Part shown: piece by piece, positions 47,803-57,588 of the stretch
Numbering within the stretch: position 1 is the first letter of the stretch
How the letters are laid out: every line of letters begins with the position of its first letter
Source: Candidatus Latescibacterota bacterium
GTDB lineage: Bacteria; Latescibacterota; UBA2968; GCA-2709665
Length of the DNA stretch: 64,000 bases
Direction of reading: 5' to 3'
Assembly: GCA_965116875.1 (NCBI GenBank)
Contig: OZ220733.1
Coordinates: forward strand, 1,024,001-1,088,000
The notes under the pieces: model-generated
The model's input: the letters and a program-made list of their open reading frames with translations, nothing else
What the model was told of the DNA's origin: nothing
Database searches by the model: none
Made by a program: the position numbers and the translations under genes

Positions 47803-48821
47803 TATCGGCCCACCGCGCTTTCCGCCACGCTCAACCCCGGACAGAGCTTCAGTACCATCTCTCCCACCCTGCCCACAGCCTGCTTCACGCCCCAGGTGGG
47901 CCGCGGCTGTCCGATCGGGGACAGTTTGATCAGCACCCGGTTTCCGGTGCGCGCCAGAACCAGGATGCCGAAATGCTGGGAGAATGCGCCTTCCCGGACC
48001 ATCGTCTCCACCAGACAGTCCCCGTTCCGGTCGGTGTAGAGTCCCACCAGTTTGATCACCACCGTCACGCCGTGATGGTCCGTCCGCCAGGAACTCGTGT
48101 CGAATTCCGCCGGCAGCCGCGCACGGTCGTACTTCCCTTTCAGCAGCATATTCGGCATCGGTCCAACCTTCTCAACGGTTTTCGCCCCGGCGCCGCCGGC
48201 TTCGCGCAACCAGACAAAATAGTGGACGGGCACGCCGGCGTCCAGGGCCTTGCGTTCATACTTGGTGGGCTTCCTGCCCTGCAAATGGGGCACCCACGGA
48301 GACGGAAAGCCGGATCGCAGGAGCGGCTGCGCCTCCAGGATCCCGGAAATCCACGACGCGTATTCCCCGTGGTCGGTCGCCACGGTCACCGTCCCGTCCG
48401 GCGTCAGTCGCTCCGCGAGCACCCGGACGAATGCCGGCTGGATCAGGCGCCTGCCGTGATGGCGCTCCTTGGGCCAGGGATCCGGAAAGTTGACGTAGAC
48501 CCGTGTGACGCTCTCCACCGAAAAGAGGCGTTCCAGCACAAAATCCGCCCCTCCGTGGACCACCCACACGTTCCCGGGTCCGCTTCGCTCCAACCGCCTG
48601 AACAGCCGCTGAACCGACACCCACGATCGTTCGATCCCGACGAAATTCATCTCCGGATGCGCAAGGGCCCGGTCCACCAGAAACTCGCCCGTGCCGAAGC
48701 CGATTTCAACAACCAGCGGGCCCGGACGGCCGAAGACCGTCCCCCAATCAGGCGGCCAGTCCACTCGTGTCCAGGGGACCATGTAACTCAGGATGGCTTC
48801 GCTCAGCGGCCTGGCAGCCAT
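47802..48821 (-). CDS. trmB: tRNA (guanine-N7)-methyltransferase with C-terminal extension
   Basis: EIGFGTG, NFPDPWPKERH, ATD and TKYERK motifs. Confidence 0.9.
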   Translation of the reverse strand: MAARPLSEAILSYMVPWTRVDWPPDWGTVFGRPGPLVVEIGFGTGEFLVDRALAHPEMNFVGIERSWVSVQRLFRRLERSGPGNVWVVHGGADFVLERLFSVESVTRVYVNFPDPWPKERHHGRRLIQPAFVRVLAERLTPDGTVTVATDHGEYASWISGILEAQPLLRSGFPSPWVPHLQGRKPTKYERKALDAGVPVHYFVWLREAGGAGAKTVEKVGPMPNMLLKGKYDRARLPAEFDTSSWRTDHHGVTVVIKLVGLYTDRNGDCLVETMVREGAFSQHFGILVLARTGNRVLIKLSPIGQPRPTWGVKQAVGRVGEMVLKLCPGLSVAESAVGR

Positions 48822-48886
48822 GGCATCGCTCCGGTTGGCAGAAACCCTTCAAGGATACAGGCCTGGCCGCCCATCAGCAGCGCTTG

Positions 48887-49049
48887 GTGTCCTGTCCCAA
48901 AAATTCCTCACCATTCGACCGACGATTCATCCCGTCTCGCTACGTTCCCCTCGCTCGCCGACCATACGCAGGGCGCCTGCGCTCGGGCGCCTTGCGAGCC
49001 GGGCGACTCGGCTGTCGAATTCAGGCAACTTATTTTCGGGACAGAACAC
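48887..49049. mobile_element. 163-bp MITE-like element
   Basis: Terminal inverted repeats GTGTCCTGTCCCAAAAAT / ATTTTCGGGACAGAACAC, with further internal inverted repeats (ATTCGAC/GTCGAAT). Confidence 0.65.
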
Positions 49050-49208
49050 TGGACTCTGGAACTGAATATCGTGGAAAGGGCTTTGGGTATCGGGCTTTGG
49101 TTCAAAGTCTCCTCCAAAAAGCAGGAATACATCCCAGAGTTTCTGCGACTCGACGAAACGCTCAGCGGGGGAACGAGCGTACCAATCCCTGAGTTCACCT
49201 TCGTACAT
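49050..49208 (-). pseudogene. small hypothetical gene plus the start of a second gene, both cut by the MITE
   Basis: MYEGELRDWYARSPAERFVESQKLW...PDTQSPF overlaps a GGAGGAG-preceded TTG (49105) encoding LNQSPIPKALSTIF; both frames run into the element. Confidence 0.45.
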
Positions 49209-49568
49209 TGGTTCGCGTTCCTGAAATCATCAATTGGCGCGGACCAGGTGAATTCCGAAAGAGGGCGGTCCGGACTCCCGCACATGGGAGCAGAATCGCC
49301 GCCCCGTTGAATGTAGGGGATATGGGAAGCCGAATCAAGAGGCAGGTTCCGCCAACGCCAACGCCGCGAAAAACCATTGACATCGGAATCCCTGCAATGC
49401 ATGTTTTGTTCGTCGTGGACTATTTGAGTAGAAGATGAATAAAATCAACCAGATAAGGGATTTATCCGGTCTCGCCGACGCCAGAGGCCGGCGGGCACGT
49501 ATGGCCGATCGCGATGACGCCGGGCGGCAGATTCCGAAGGGCAATGGGCTTCCAGAGGAGGGTTTGCG

Positions 49569-50207
49569 ATGAACGTATTGATCCTGTCGGGTGCAAATCA
49601 CGGCTTTGATCAGAGCGCCGGAATGATCCATGGGTTTCTGGAGGACCAGTCCGAACTGTCCGTGCAGCTGAGCACGGACAAGGACCTGCTGGCAGGCGGG
49701 ATGGACCCTTACGACGTCTGCGTGTTCGGAACGGGGTTCACGCGTACCGCCAGGCGGGAGGACGGTTCGATTGCCCGCGAACCGGACCTGACGCCCGCGC
49801 AGGAGGACGGTCTCTTCGGGTTCGTCGGCGGCGGCAAGGGGCTGGTGGGGATACACGGATCGGCATGGTGGATCGGCGGGCCGGCGGTGGACCTCCTGGG
49901 CGGGCACGCCAACTGGCACCCGCCCGGGTTGACGTTCAGCGTACGGGTGGAAGACGCGGACCATCCCGTGATGGAAGGCATCGAGGATTTCGAGGTGGAC
50001 GACGAGATTTACATTTCGGCGTATGAACCTCAACTGCGGATTCTCGCGTCCGCGCAATGGCATGGCGGGACGTTTCCCGTCGCGTGGGTGAAGGAGTACG
50101 GATCGGGCCGGGTCTTCTACACGGCGCTCGGCCACGGTCCCGGGACGTTCGCGAGGCCCCCGGTACAGGCCATGCTCTGCCAGGGCGTGCGCTGGGCCGC
50201 GGGTTGA
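49569..50207 (+). CDS. ThuA-like domain protein
   Basis: GKGLVGIH, HP..DE.Y and GRVFYTALGH motifs. Confidence 0.85.
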   Translation: MNVLILSGANHGFDQSAGMIHGFLEDQSELSVQLSTDKDLLAGGMDPYDVCVFGTGFTRTARREDGSIAREPDLTPAQEDGLFGFVGGGKGLVGIHGSAWWIGGPAVDLLGGHANWHPPGLTFSVRVEDADHPVMEGIEDFEVDDEIYISAYEPQLRILASAQWHGGTFPVAWVKEYGSGRVFYTALGHGPGTFARPPVQAMLCQGVRWAAG

Positions 50208-50330
50208 ACGTCACACACTGAGGACCACATTTCGAGGGCTCAATAGCCCGTCGCGCGGCGCGGCCGTTTATTATTCGAGCCGGATAAGGCGCCGGTTTGG
50301 CGCCGGGTTTCGACTCAAGGAGGAACCGAG

Positions 50331-51116
<786 letters not shown>

Positions 51117-51121
51117 CCGAT

Positions 51122-51895
51122 CTATATCGCCAGCTGATGCGCCCGGGTGAAGCAGCGGCGGCGGACGACGTGCACCACGAACACGGAGCCGATGGCAGTG
51201 GCGGCGACGATCATCAGCATCACGATGATCTGATATTTGATGGCGGTCATCGGATCGGAGCCGGCCAGGATCTGACCCGTCATCATCCCGGGCAAAGACA
51301 CCAGGCCGACGGTCATCAGGGCGTTGATGGAGGGTATCATGCCGGCCTTCACCACGTCGCGGAGAATGGCGGCCGTGGCTTCCTGGTAGGTGGCCCCCAG
51401 ACAGAGGGCGAGTTCGATCCGATCCCGCTGATTGCGCAGGTCGGAGAAGAGGCGTTCCAGGGCGATCGTGACCGCGTTCATGGAGTTGCCGACAATCATG
51501 CCGCCCAGGGGGATGAAGTACTGCGGCGTGTACCAGGGCTTGACCTGAACGATGACTGCCGTTACCAGGATGGACACGGTGGTGTAGCTCGCTACCATCG
51601 AAATGAAGGTGGGCATGAAATAGGCCACCTCCTTTTCCTGTACCCGGCCGCGAATGGCGTGAGCGGCCCAGAAGACCATCCAGACGAAGAGGATCAGAAT
51701 CAGGAACGGGTCGTTGATCTGGAAGATGTACTTGAGAACGTAGCCCACGAGGAAGAGCTGCGCGAAGGTGCGCACCGTGCCCCACGCGAGGTCCCTTTCC
51801 AGGTTGAGCCGGAAGACAACCGAACCGGTTCCCGCGATCAGAACGAAAATGAGACACAGAAGCAGTTGCACGGGCGTGATCTCGATCAGGTTCAA
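51122..51895 (-). CDS. fetB: iron export ABC permease FetB (YbbM/UPF0014)
   Basis: RTFAQL, IPLGGMIVGNSM and GLVSLPGMMTGQILAG motifs; TTG start after AGGAGG. Confidence 0.85.
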   Translation of the reverse strand: MNLIEITPVQLLLCLIFVLIAGTGSVVFRLNLERDLAWGTVRTFAQLFLVGYVLKYIFQINDPFLILILFVWMVFWAAHAIRGRVQEKEVAYFMPTFISMVASYTTVSILVTAVIVQVKPWYTPQYFIPLGGMIVGNSMNAVTIALERLFSDLRNQRDRIELALCLGATYQEATAAILRDVVKAGMIPSINALMTVGLVSLPGMMTGQILAGSDPMTAIKYQIIVMLMIVAATAIGSVFVVHVVRRRCFTRAHQLAI

Positions 51896-52554
51896 GCGGA
51901 GACCTCCTGAAGACCGCCGTCGAGCCGGTAACGCCGGGCCGTGACACGAACCGGTATGAAGTCCAGGTGCGTCACCTGGACAATACCGATGTTCTGTTCG
52001 AGCGCGAGGCGTTCCAGCCATGATTCGACCACGGATCTGGACTCGGGGTCGAGGGCGGAAGTGGGTTCGTCGCAAAGGAGAAAACGGGGTTCGGACAGCA
52101 GCGTGCGAATCAGCGCGATCCGCTGTTTCTGTCCGACGGAAAGCGTCTCCGCGTCGTCGTCCAGATCCACGTCCTGAAGCAGGAAATCATCCAGGAGGGC
52201 GCTGAGCCGGTCATCGTCCGGCGGTTGTCGTTCACGTGCGGCTTTGAACGTGAACGACATGGTCAGGTTGGCACGCACGTTGCCACCGGCCATCGCGGGC
52301 GTCTGCTGGACGTAACCGATCATTCGCCGCAACTCCGTGACGTTGTGGCGAGTCACGGGTTCGCCGTCAAGCAGGATGTCGCCCGTTGAGGGTTCCTGCA
52401 GCCGGTTGGGCAACCTGAGGAAGCTGGATTTTCCGCTTCCCGACGGACCGTGGATGAGTACGAAATCGCCGCTGTCAACGGTGAGGTTCACACGTTGAAA
52501 CAGCGGTTTTTTTGTACCGTACTGAAGCGAAAGGTTTTTGATCTCGAGGCGCAT
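51892..52554 (-). CDS. ABC ATP-binding protein FetA-like
   Basis: GPSGSGKS, LSVGQKQR and DEPTSALD motifs; overlaps the fetB start. Confidence 0.8.
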   Translation of the reverse strand: MRLEIKNLSLQYGTKKPLFQRVNLTVDSGDFVLIHGPSGSGKSSFLRLPNRLQEPSTGDILLDGEPVTRHNVTELRRMIGYVQQTPAMAGGNVRANLTMSFTFKAARERQPPDDDRLSALLDDFLLQDVDLDDDAETLSVGQKQRIALIRTLLSEPRFLLCDEPTSALDPESRSVVESWLERLALEQNIGIVQVTHLDFIPVRVTARRYRLDGGLQEVSA

Positions 52555-52577
52555 GGCTGCCTGAAGAGCGCGAACGG

Positions 52578-53963
52578 TTACACGTGCTTGAAGATTTCCA
52601 GCACGTCGATGATGCTCAGGCCCGTGTGATATCCGGGGTCCGCATCCGCGGTGGCGGGAATGACGGGCACGACCCGGCCGGATTCGTCTCGGGTCTGATA
52701 GGCCATCAGATGGAGGTCCGGACGAACGAAGTGCCTTGTGAAGGCGTTGTGGCACGCGCTGAATATACCGAGGGCGCTCTGTCGCTGTGCCGTGGACCGG
52801 GCGATCGAAAAGCAATACGTGGCGGCGCGCATCGTTTCGGGCAGGTTCCACCACGGCATGTCGGTATTGGCGGGTGCGCGGGAAACCAGGTCGACAGCCT
52901 TGCAGATGCCGCCGGGACCGGGCTGGAAACCCCCCGCGAACGTATGCGCGAGCAGCGCGGGCATATGCGCTTCCACGCCGGCGATTTCCTTCAGTTGTCC
53001 GGGTTCCGCCAGTGCGTTTTCTCTGACGGCGGAGGTGAATTTCAGCGTAAGTCCGATAAATTCGAGGACGTGGCCCGGATCGGAGAGGATCTTTCCGTCC
53101 TCCTCGAAAGGCGCGCCGTCGTCGTCCACGGCTTCCCAGAAATCGTACTCCCTGAGACGCGGGACCCGCCCGTTCAGATTGACGTAGGTCTTCATTTCGC
53201 GGCGGATGAGGCGCAGGCCCATTGCCACGCTGTCGGGAACGCGGTGTTCGGCCAGCATGGCCGCGGCGCCGATCTGAATCATGTACGCGCCGTGGGGATG
53301 GCGGCCGGGCCGGGGCGCCGTGGGGTTCCCGGGGTCCAGCGAAATCTGGTCGGTTACGAAACGCCCCCCGTGAATTGCGTCGTCCACGCGGCGGCAATAC
53401 GCCATGGCTTCCGCTTCGGCATCCTCCAATTCGAGGGTTCTCGCCGCGGCAACCATGCCCTTGGCGCCGAAGAGGTCGCTGAACCCGTAGCTCGTTTCCC
53501 CCGTGAGCTCCATCGCCCGGATCCCGCCTTCCTCGTCCAGCGTGAACGGGTCTCCCTCAGGGGTCATGAAAAAGGAAAGCCGGCCGGCGTTCCGGGCCCG
53601 GATTTCACGAAGCGCCTCGAGTACCTCGGCCGCGATGCGCTCCAGACGCTGCCGCAGTTCCGGCGCCAGGCCGTGGCGGCGCATCCACCGACAGTGCCCT
53701 GCCAGGGATTCGAGACCGCGCCCCTGAATCCAGCCGTAGACCGCGTTCGCCCCCCGAACGGGATCGCCACGCGGGAAGTCCTCCCCGGTGATGAGGTCCA
53801 GTTTGGTATCGATGAAAGGATAGTCCGGGGCGCGTTCATACCGGTCCGCAATGGCGGCCATCACCGCAAGCAGCATGGCGCGGTAGTCAGGCAGAACGGA
53901 CCCGACGTCGAGGGGCGAGGGACGTTCCGGGAGGAGGTTTCCCCGGTATACGAAATCGGGCAT
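52578..53963 (-). CDS. AGE/N-acylglucosamine 2-epimerase-like protein
   Basis: WIQGRG, PGHVLEF, WWNLPETMRA and DPGYH resemble AGE-family (alpha/alpha)6 motifs. Confidence 0.6.
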   Translation of the reverse strand: MPDFVYRGNLLPERPSPLDVGSVLPDYRAMLLAVMAAIADRYERAPDYPFIDTKLDLITGEDFPRGDPVRGANAVYGWIQGRGLESLAGHCRWMRRHGLAPELRQRLERIAAEVLEALREIRARNAGRLSFFMTPEGDPFTLDEEGGIRAMELTGETSYGFSDLFGAKGMVAAARTLELEDAEAEAMAYCRRVDDAIHGGRFVTDQISLDPGNPTAPRPGRHPHGAYMIQIGAAAMLAEHRVPDSVAMGLRLIRREMKTYVNLNGRVPRLREYDFWEAVDDDGAPFEEDGKILSDPGHVLEFIGLTLKFTSAVRENALAEPGQLKEIAGVEAHMPALLAHTFAGGFQPGPGGICKAVDLVSRAPANTDMPWWNLPETMRAATYCFSIARSTAQRQSALGIFSACHNAFTRHFVRPDLHLMAYQTRDESGRVVPVIPATADADPGYHTGLSIIDVLEIFKHV

Positions 53964-54069
53964 GTCGGCGGCTCCCGGGATGCGACCCCTTCATTGCTAT
54001 CTGAATCGGGGCGCAGCGCCCGCCTGGCTCGGATGCGTTCTGGCTTCAACCGGGCGCTGCGGGGCAACG

Positions 54070-54906
54070 CTACGACCAGACGTAGACCTCGCCGTCGTCG
54101 TTCGACCAGCCGATGAAGACGGCCAGGACGATTCTGGGGTCGGTTCCTTCGACCGCGGGGACCTCGTGGATGCAGCGCGTGTTGAAGAAGTAGAGATCGC
54201 CCGGTTCGAGTTCGACGCGGCAGCGTTCGACGTTGTTCAGCCGGGCGTACTCGTGAAAGGCATCCGCGGCGATATGGGATTCGACGTCTTCCGTCCACAG
54301 GCACCGGTGCAGGATGGCCTGGGTTGCCGGACCGGCCTGGGCGGCGTTCTGGAAGCAGACGACGCCGGCGAACTGGTGCTCGAACCGGGAGACCTCGTAA
54401 TCGAAGCGCTTTTCGCGCAGCGTGACGTGATCGATATGCGGCCGGTAGGTGTGGTGGGTGTAGTGGATGCGGAAAATGGCCGAACCGTAGAGCCGGCCGT
54501 CGGGTTCGCGGGCCGTCATCACCCGTTTGCCGGCGGCCAGGGCGCTGAGGCTGTCATAGATGACGTCGACCGGGTTGTCGAAGCCATCGAAGAGGTGTCC
54601 GAACAGGTCGTGGGTACGGACGGCGTCTTCGAAAAACCCCCGCTGGTCGTCACCCCTGTTTCCAAGGCTGGTGCCGACGTCGATTCGAGTGCGGGCGTCG
54701 TCGGAGTCGGTCTCAGCCGGGTCCCGCATCAGGCCGCGGTGAATGAAGCGACGGATCAGGCCCCTGCAATGGTCGGGATTGTAGGACCGCCGCAGAAGGA
54801 TGGCCGGTATCTCCGCCGTAGAAAGGGCGTGGAGCGGATTTGCGTACCTCGCGTTCACGGTTTCCAGGTCCGGACCGACCGGCAGCCAGGAATCGGCGGC
54901 GGGCAT
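54070..54906 (-). CDS. 2OG-Fe(II) oxygenase-like protein
   Basis: HID ... PGDLYFFN..IHEV......R facial-triad pattern. Confidence 0.6.
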   Translation of the reverse strand: MPAADSWLPVGPDLETVNARYANPLHALSTAEIPAILLRRSYNPDHCRGLIRRFIHRGLMRDPAETDSDDARTRIDVGTSLGNRGDDQRGFFEDAVRTHDLFGHLFDGFDNPVDVIYDSLSALAAGKRVMTAREPDGRLYGSAIFRIHYTHHTYRPHIDHVTLREKRFDYEVSRFEHQFAGVVCFQNAAQAGPATQAILHRCLWTEDVESHIAADAFHEYARLNNVERCRVELEPGDLYFFNTRCIHEVPAVEGTDPRIVLAVFIGWSNDDGEVYVWS

Positions 54907-55089
54907 ATCGGTTTCCTCCCAGAAGCTGTGTTGAAATTCACGGTGCGTTCCCGAGCGCGAGCGAAAAGGTGGCGGTCGAGGCGGGAAAATCCGCCCATAT
55001 TTGTCTATACGGGTGGATTTGACCAACGCGGACCGACGCATTTGCAGCCGCGCGAAGACCGCCGGGAATTTTAATACAGCTTCTTGACG

Positions 55090-55584
55090 TCAGGCCAGGT
55101 CTTTGAATTCGATGTGCAGGTATTCCCGGTATCCGGTGAGCCTGCGGTAGACGACCCCGGCGCTGTCGAACATACGTTTCGAAGCTCGAACGGAATCGGT
55201 CTCCGCGTATTTATCGGCCAGAAAGATGACTTCCCGGATGCCCGATTGAATGATGACCTTCGCGCACTCGTTGCATGGAAAGTGGGTCACGTAGATTGTG
55301 CAGTTGTAGAGGTTGGTGTCGATCTTGTTCAGGATCGCGTTGAGTTCGGCGTGGCAGATGTACGGATACTTGGTGTTTAGAAAGTCGCCCTCTCTTGCCC
55401 ACGGATATTCGTCGTCCGAGCAGCCGATGGGCAGGCCGTTATATCCGATTCCCACGATTTTCTTCTTCTCGTTGACGATACACGCGCCGACGCGGGTATT
55501 GGGGTCCTTGCTCCTCATGGCGGAAAGCAGCGCGACGCCCATGAAATATTCATCCCACGAGAGATAGTCTTCGCGTTTGTTCAT
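55090..55584 (-). CDS. dCMP deaminase
   Basis: SKDPNTRVGA, HAELNAI and PCNEC motifs. Confidence 0.93.
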   Translation of the reverse strand: MNKREDYLSWDEYFMGVALLSAMRSKDPNTRVGACIVNEKKKIVGIGYNGLPIGCSDDEYPWAREGDFLNTKYPYICHAELNAILNKIDTNLYNCTIYVTHFPCNECAKVIIQSGIREVIFLADKYAETDSVRASKRMFDSAGVVYRRLTGYREYLHIEFKDLA

Positions 55585-55704
55585 TTTTAACCAGGTAAGT
55601 TGCCGGAGTGATGGAAACGCGCGGGCAAGGAAGAATCCGGACCGGGGCCTGCAAAGACAATATGCTCTTCAATGACGACATCCGCAACCGTTTCTTTGGC
55701 TCCG

Positions 55705-55739
55705 GTGTCCTGTCCCGGTAATTCCTCACGATTCGACCG
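55705..55739 (+). mobile_element. isolated left end of the GTGTCCTGTCCC element
   Basis: GTGTCCTGTCCCGGTAATTCCTCACGATTCGACCG matches the start of the element at 48887. Confidence 0.6.
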
Positions 55740-55744
55740 CGGGT

Positions 55745-56836
55745 TCAGGGCATCGCCGCCGCTTCCGGACCGACCCGCAGCAATCTGAGGCCGGCATATG
55801 CTTTGGCCTGAACGCCGCCAACGCCGACCGCCAGTTTCACGTGATTGAGTCCCTTGTGAAGGACATACGCACCTTCGTTACCGAATACCCGTTCCAGCCC
55901 GGGGAAGGAGCGCAAGCCATTCCCCTTTGCCGGCAGACAGAGTTCACGCGCCTCCATACGTTCCAGAACCGGCAGCCACGTCCTGACGCCCGTACTGAGC
56001 CAATCCCCCACCGGCCAGCGGCCCTTCCTTTCGCTTCGCGGAAACATCTCAAGTCCCAGACGCGGCCGCAAACCGCGAGCCGAAGCGTCGAAACAGGGTC
56101 GGAAGTATGGAAATACGTCCCGCCATTCATCAAGGGTCTTCATCGCATTTCGCACCGAACCGGGCCAACCGGAGCGCTCCAGGAAAACGGGCATTTCCTC
56201 CGGCCTGACGCCGTTGACAATCACACGCACGGCCCTGAAGGAGCGGCCGGGCATCGCTCCCACGTGATCCAGCCGCCCCCCCGGCGGGAGAGCGTTGACG
56301 ACACGTTCCACGACACGGCGCTCAACGGCGTCATCGTTCCATCCCACCGCGTTCGTCAACTCTGCAACCGCGTCTCCAGGAGAACAGACCTCTGAACCCT
56401 CCGGCGAAGGAGCGGGACGCAACCCGAGAAACAGGCCGGGATCCGGCGATGCTTCCGACTCGACTCCGGCGACGTCGTATTCGAGCATGATATCGTTATA
56501 CCTGGCGCTCACGGCAAATCCGGCCGGCGTCCGGGTTTCCGCAATCTCCGAGAGGAATCTTCCCAGCGCGGCTGCCGCGGAATCCTGCTGGGCCGTCTTT
56601 CCACGATCGACGAAGTGCCCGGGCAATCCCGGATGGCCCGGAAGCACGCGCACAGAGAAGTCGGCCGCGGGCGCGGGGTCGCCCAGCGCAAATTCGAAGA
56701 ATACCCTGTACAGGACCGGCCACCCGGGAAGTTCGCCGACCCCGCGAACCAGACGGTCCCATTCGGGACCGTCTACAAGCTCCCGTGGAATGAAACGGCG
56801 CGATTCCGGTGAAATCAGCCTGAGGGACCCGGACAT
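55745..56836 (-). CDS. hypothetical protein, candidate RiPP maturase (ABBA-prenyltransferase-like motifs)
   Basis: Directly downstream of the NHLP precursor; motifs FEFAL, MLEYD, GAMPGR..VR, GWPG, RLGLE and NHVK...AKAY; GAAGGAG RBS. Confidence 0.55.
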   Translation of the reverse strand: MSGSLRLISPESRRFIPRELVDGPEWDRLVRGVGELPGWPVLYRVFFEFALGDPAPAADFSVRVLPGHPGLPGHFVDRGKTAQQDSAAAALGRFLSEIAETRTPAGFAVSARYNDIMLEYDVAGVESEASPDPGLFLGLRPAPSPEGSEVCSPGDAVAELTNAVGWNDDAVERRVVERVVNALPPGGRLDHVGAMPGRSFRAVRVIVNGVRPEEMPVFLERSGWPGSVRNAMKTLDEWRDVFPYFRPCFDASARGLRPRLGLEMFPRSERKGRWPVGDWLSTGVRTWLPVLERMEARELCLPAKGNGLRSFPGLERVFGNEGAYVLHKGLNHVKLAVGVGGVQAKAYAGLRLLRVGPEAAAMP

Positions 56837-56954
56837 CGTCAACTCCTTCGTCGTACCGCTACATTCGAATCCTCATGCCATTGCAGGCGGGAGGACGCTG
56901 CCCGCGCCCGTTCGGACCGGAACGGACGCCGGCAGGGTTCGCGTCGGACGTACA

Positions 56955-56987
56955 GAAAAAACCGGCGTCGCCCGAAGGCGGCGCCGG
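56955..56987 (-). terminator. intrinsic terminator after the NHLP precursor
   Basis: CCGGCGCCGCC-TTCG-GGCGACGCCGG followed by TTTTTT. Confidence 0.75.
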
Positions 56988-57059
56988 GAAGATGAATCGT
57001 AGCGCCTGGTGGAATTCCTGATCCCGCCGCCTGATTTCACGGCGAATCTCCGTGAACGA

Positions 57060-57374
57060 TCACGGACCCCCCAACGGCACGTGGTATTCGTCGTGATGAT
57101 CATGACCCCATTCACAGTTCTCCGCGCCCCCGCCGCCAACGACCGCCGCCAACTCGTCCTCGCTCATCGCCTCCGGTCCGGTTCTCAGCGGGAGAACCAG
57201 GTGCGCGGTAGACAGGTTGTCTTCGTGGACTTCAACCGCGAAATTTTCCGGAATCTTAACGCCGAGCTCTTTTTCTATCGAGCCCCTGGGATCTTTCAGC
57301 AGACCGGCGCGAAACTCCGCGTCAAACGACGCTTTGAATACGACGTGTTCCTGCATTTCCTTCATGGTCTTCAT
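57060..57374 (-). CDS. NHLP (nitrile hydratase-like leader) RiPP precursor
   Basis: KA..DAEFRAGLLKDP, V.VHED...HLVLP and MSEDELAAVVGG leader; core GGAENCEWGHDHHDEYHVPLGGP; AGGAGG RBS. Confidence 0.92.
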   Translation of the reverse strand: MKTMKEMQEHVVFKASFDAEFRAGLLKDPRGSIEKELGVKIPENFAVEVHEDNLSTAHLVLPLRTGPEAMSEDELAAVVGGGGAENCEWGHDHHDEYHVPLGGP

Positions 57375-57510
57375 CGTAGCCCTCCTATCCTGACGTGGTG
57401 GAATAAAGTGAACTTTTCGTGATACTCGATATAAATATCGTCTTAATCGTGATTTAATGGATCTATATCGATAATAAAAATGACCTTTTCGTGATAATAG
57501 CCACAACGCA

Positions 57511-57538
57511 AATATAACGAAGTTCTGTTGAATGTCAA
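57511..57538 (-). promoter_or_regulatory. sigma70-like promoter of the NHLP precursor
   Basis: TTGACA-N16-TATATT followed by an AT-rich leader. Confidence 0.6.
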
Positions 57539-57588
57539 CCCCGGCGCCGGGACTCCCGGGAGGGCGCGGGGGCAGGTCCCTTTGCGAC

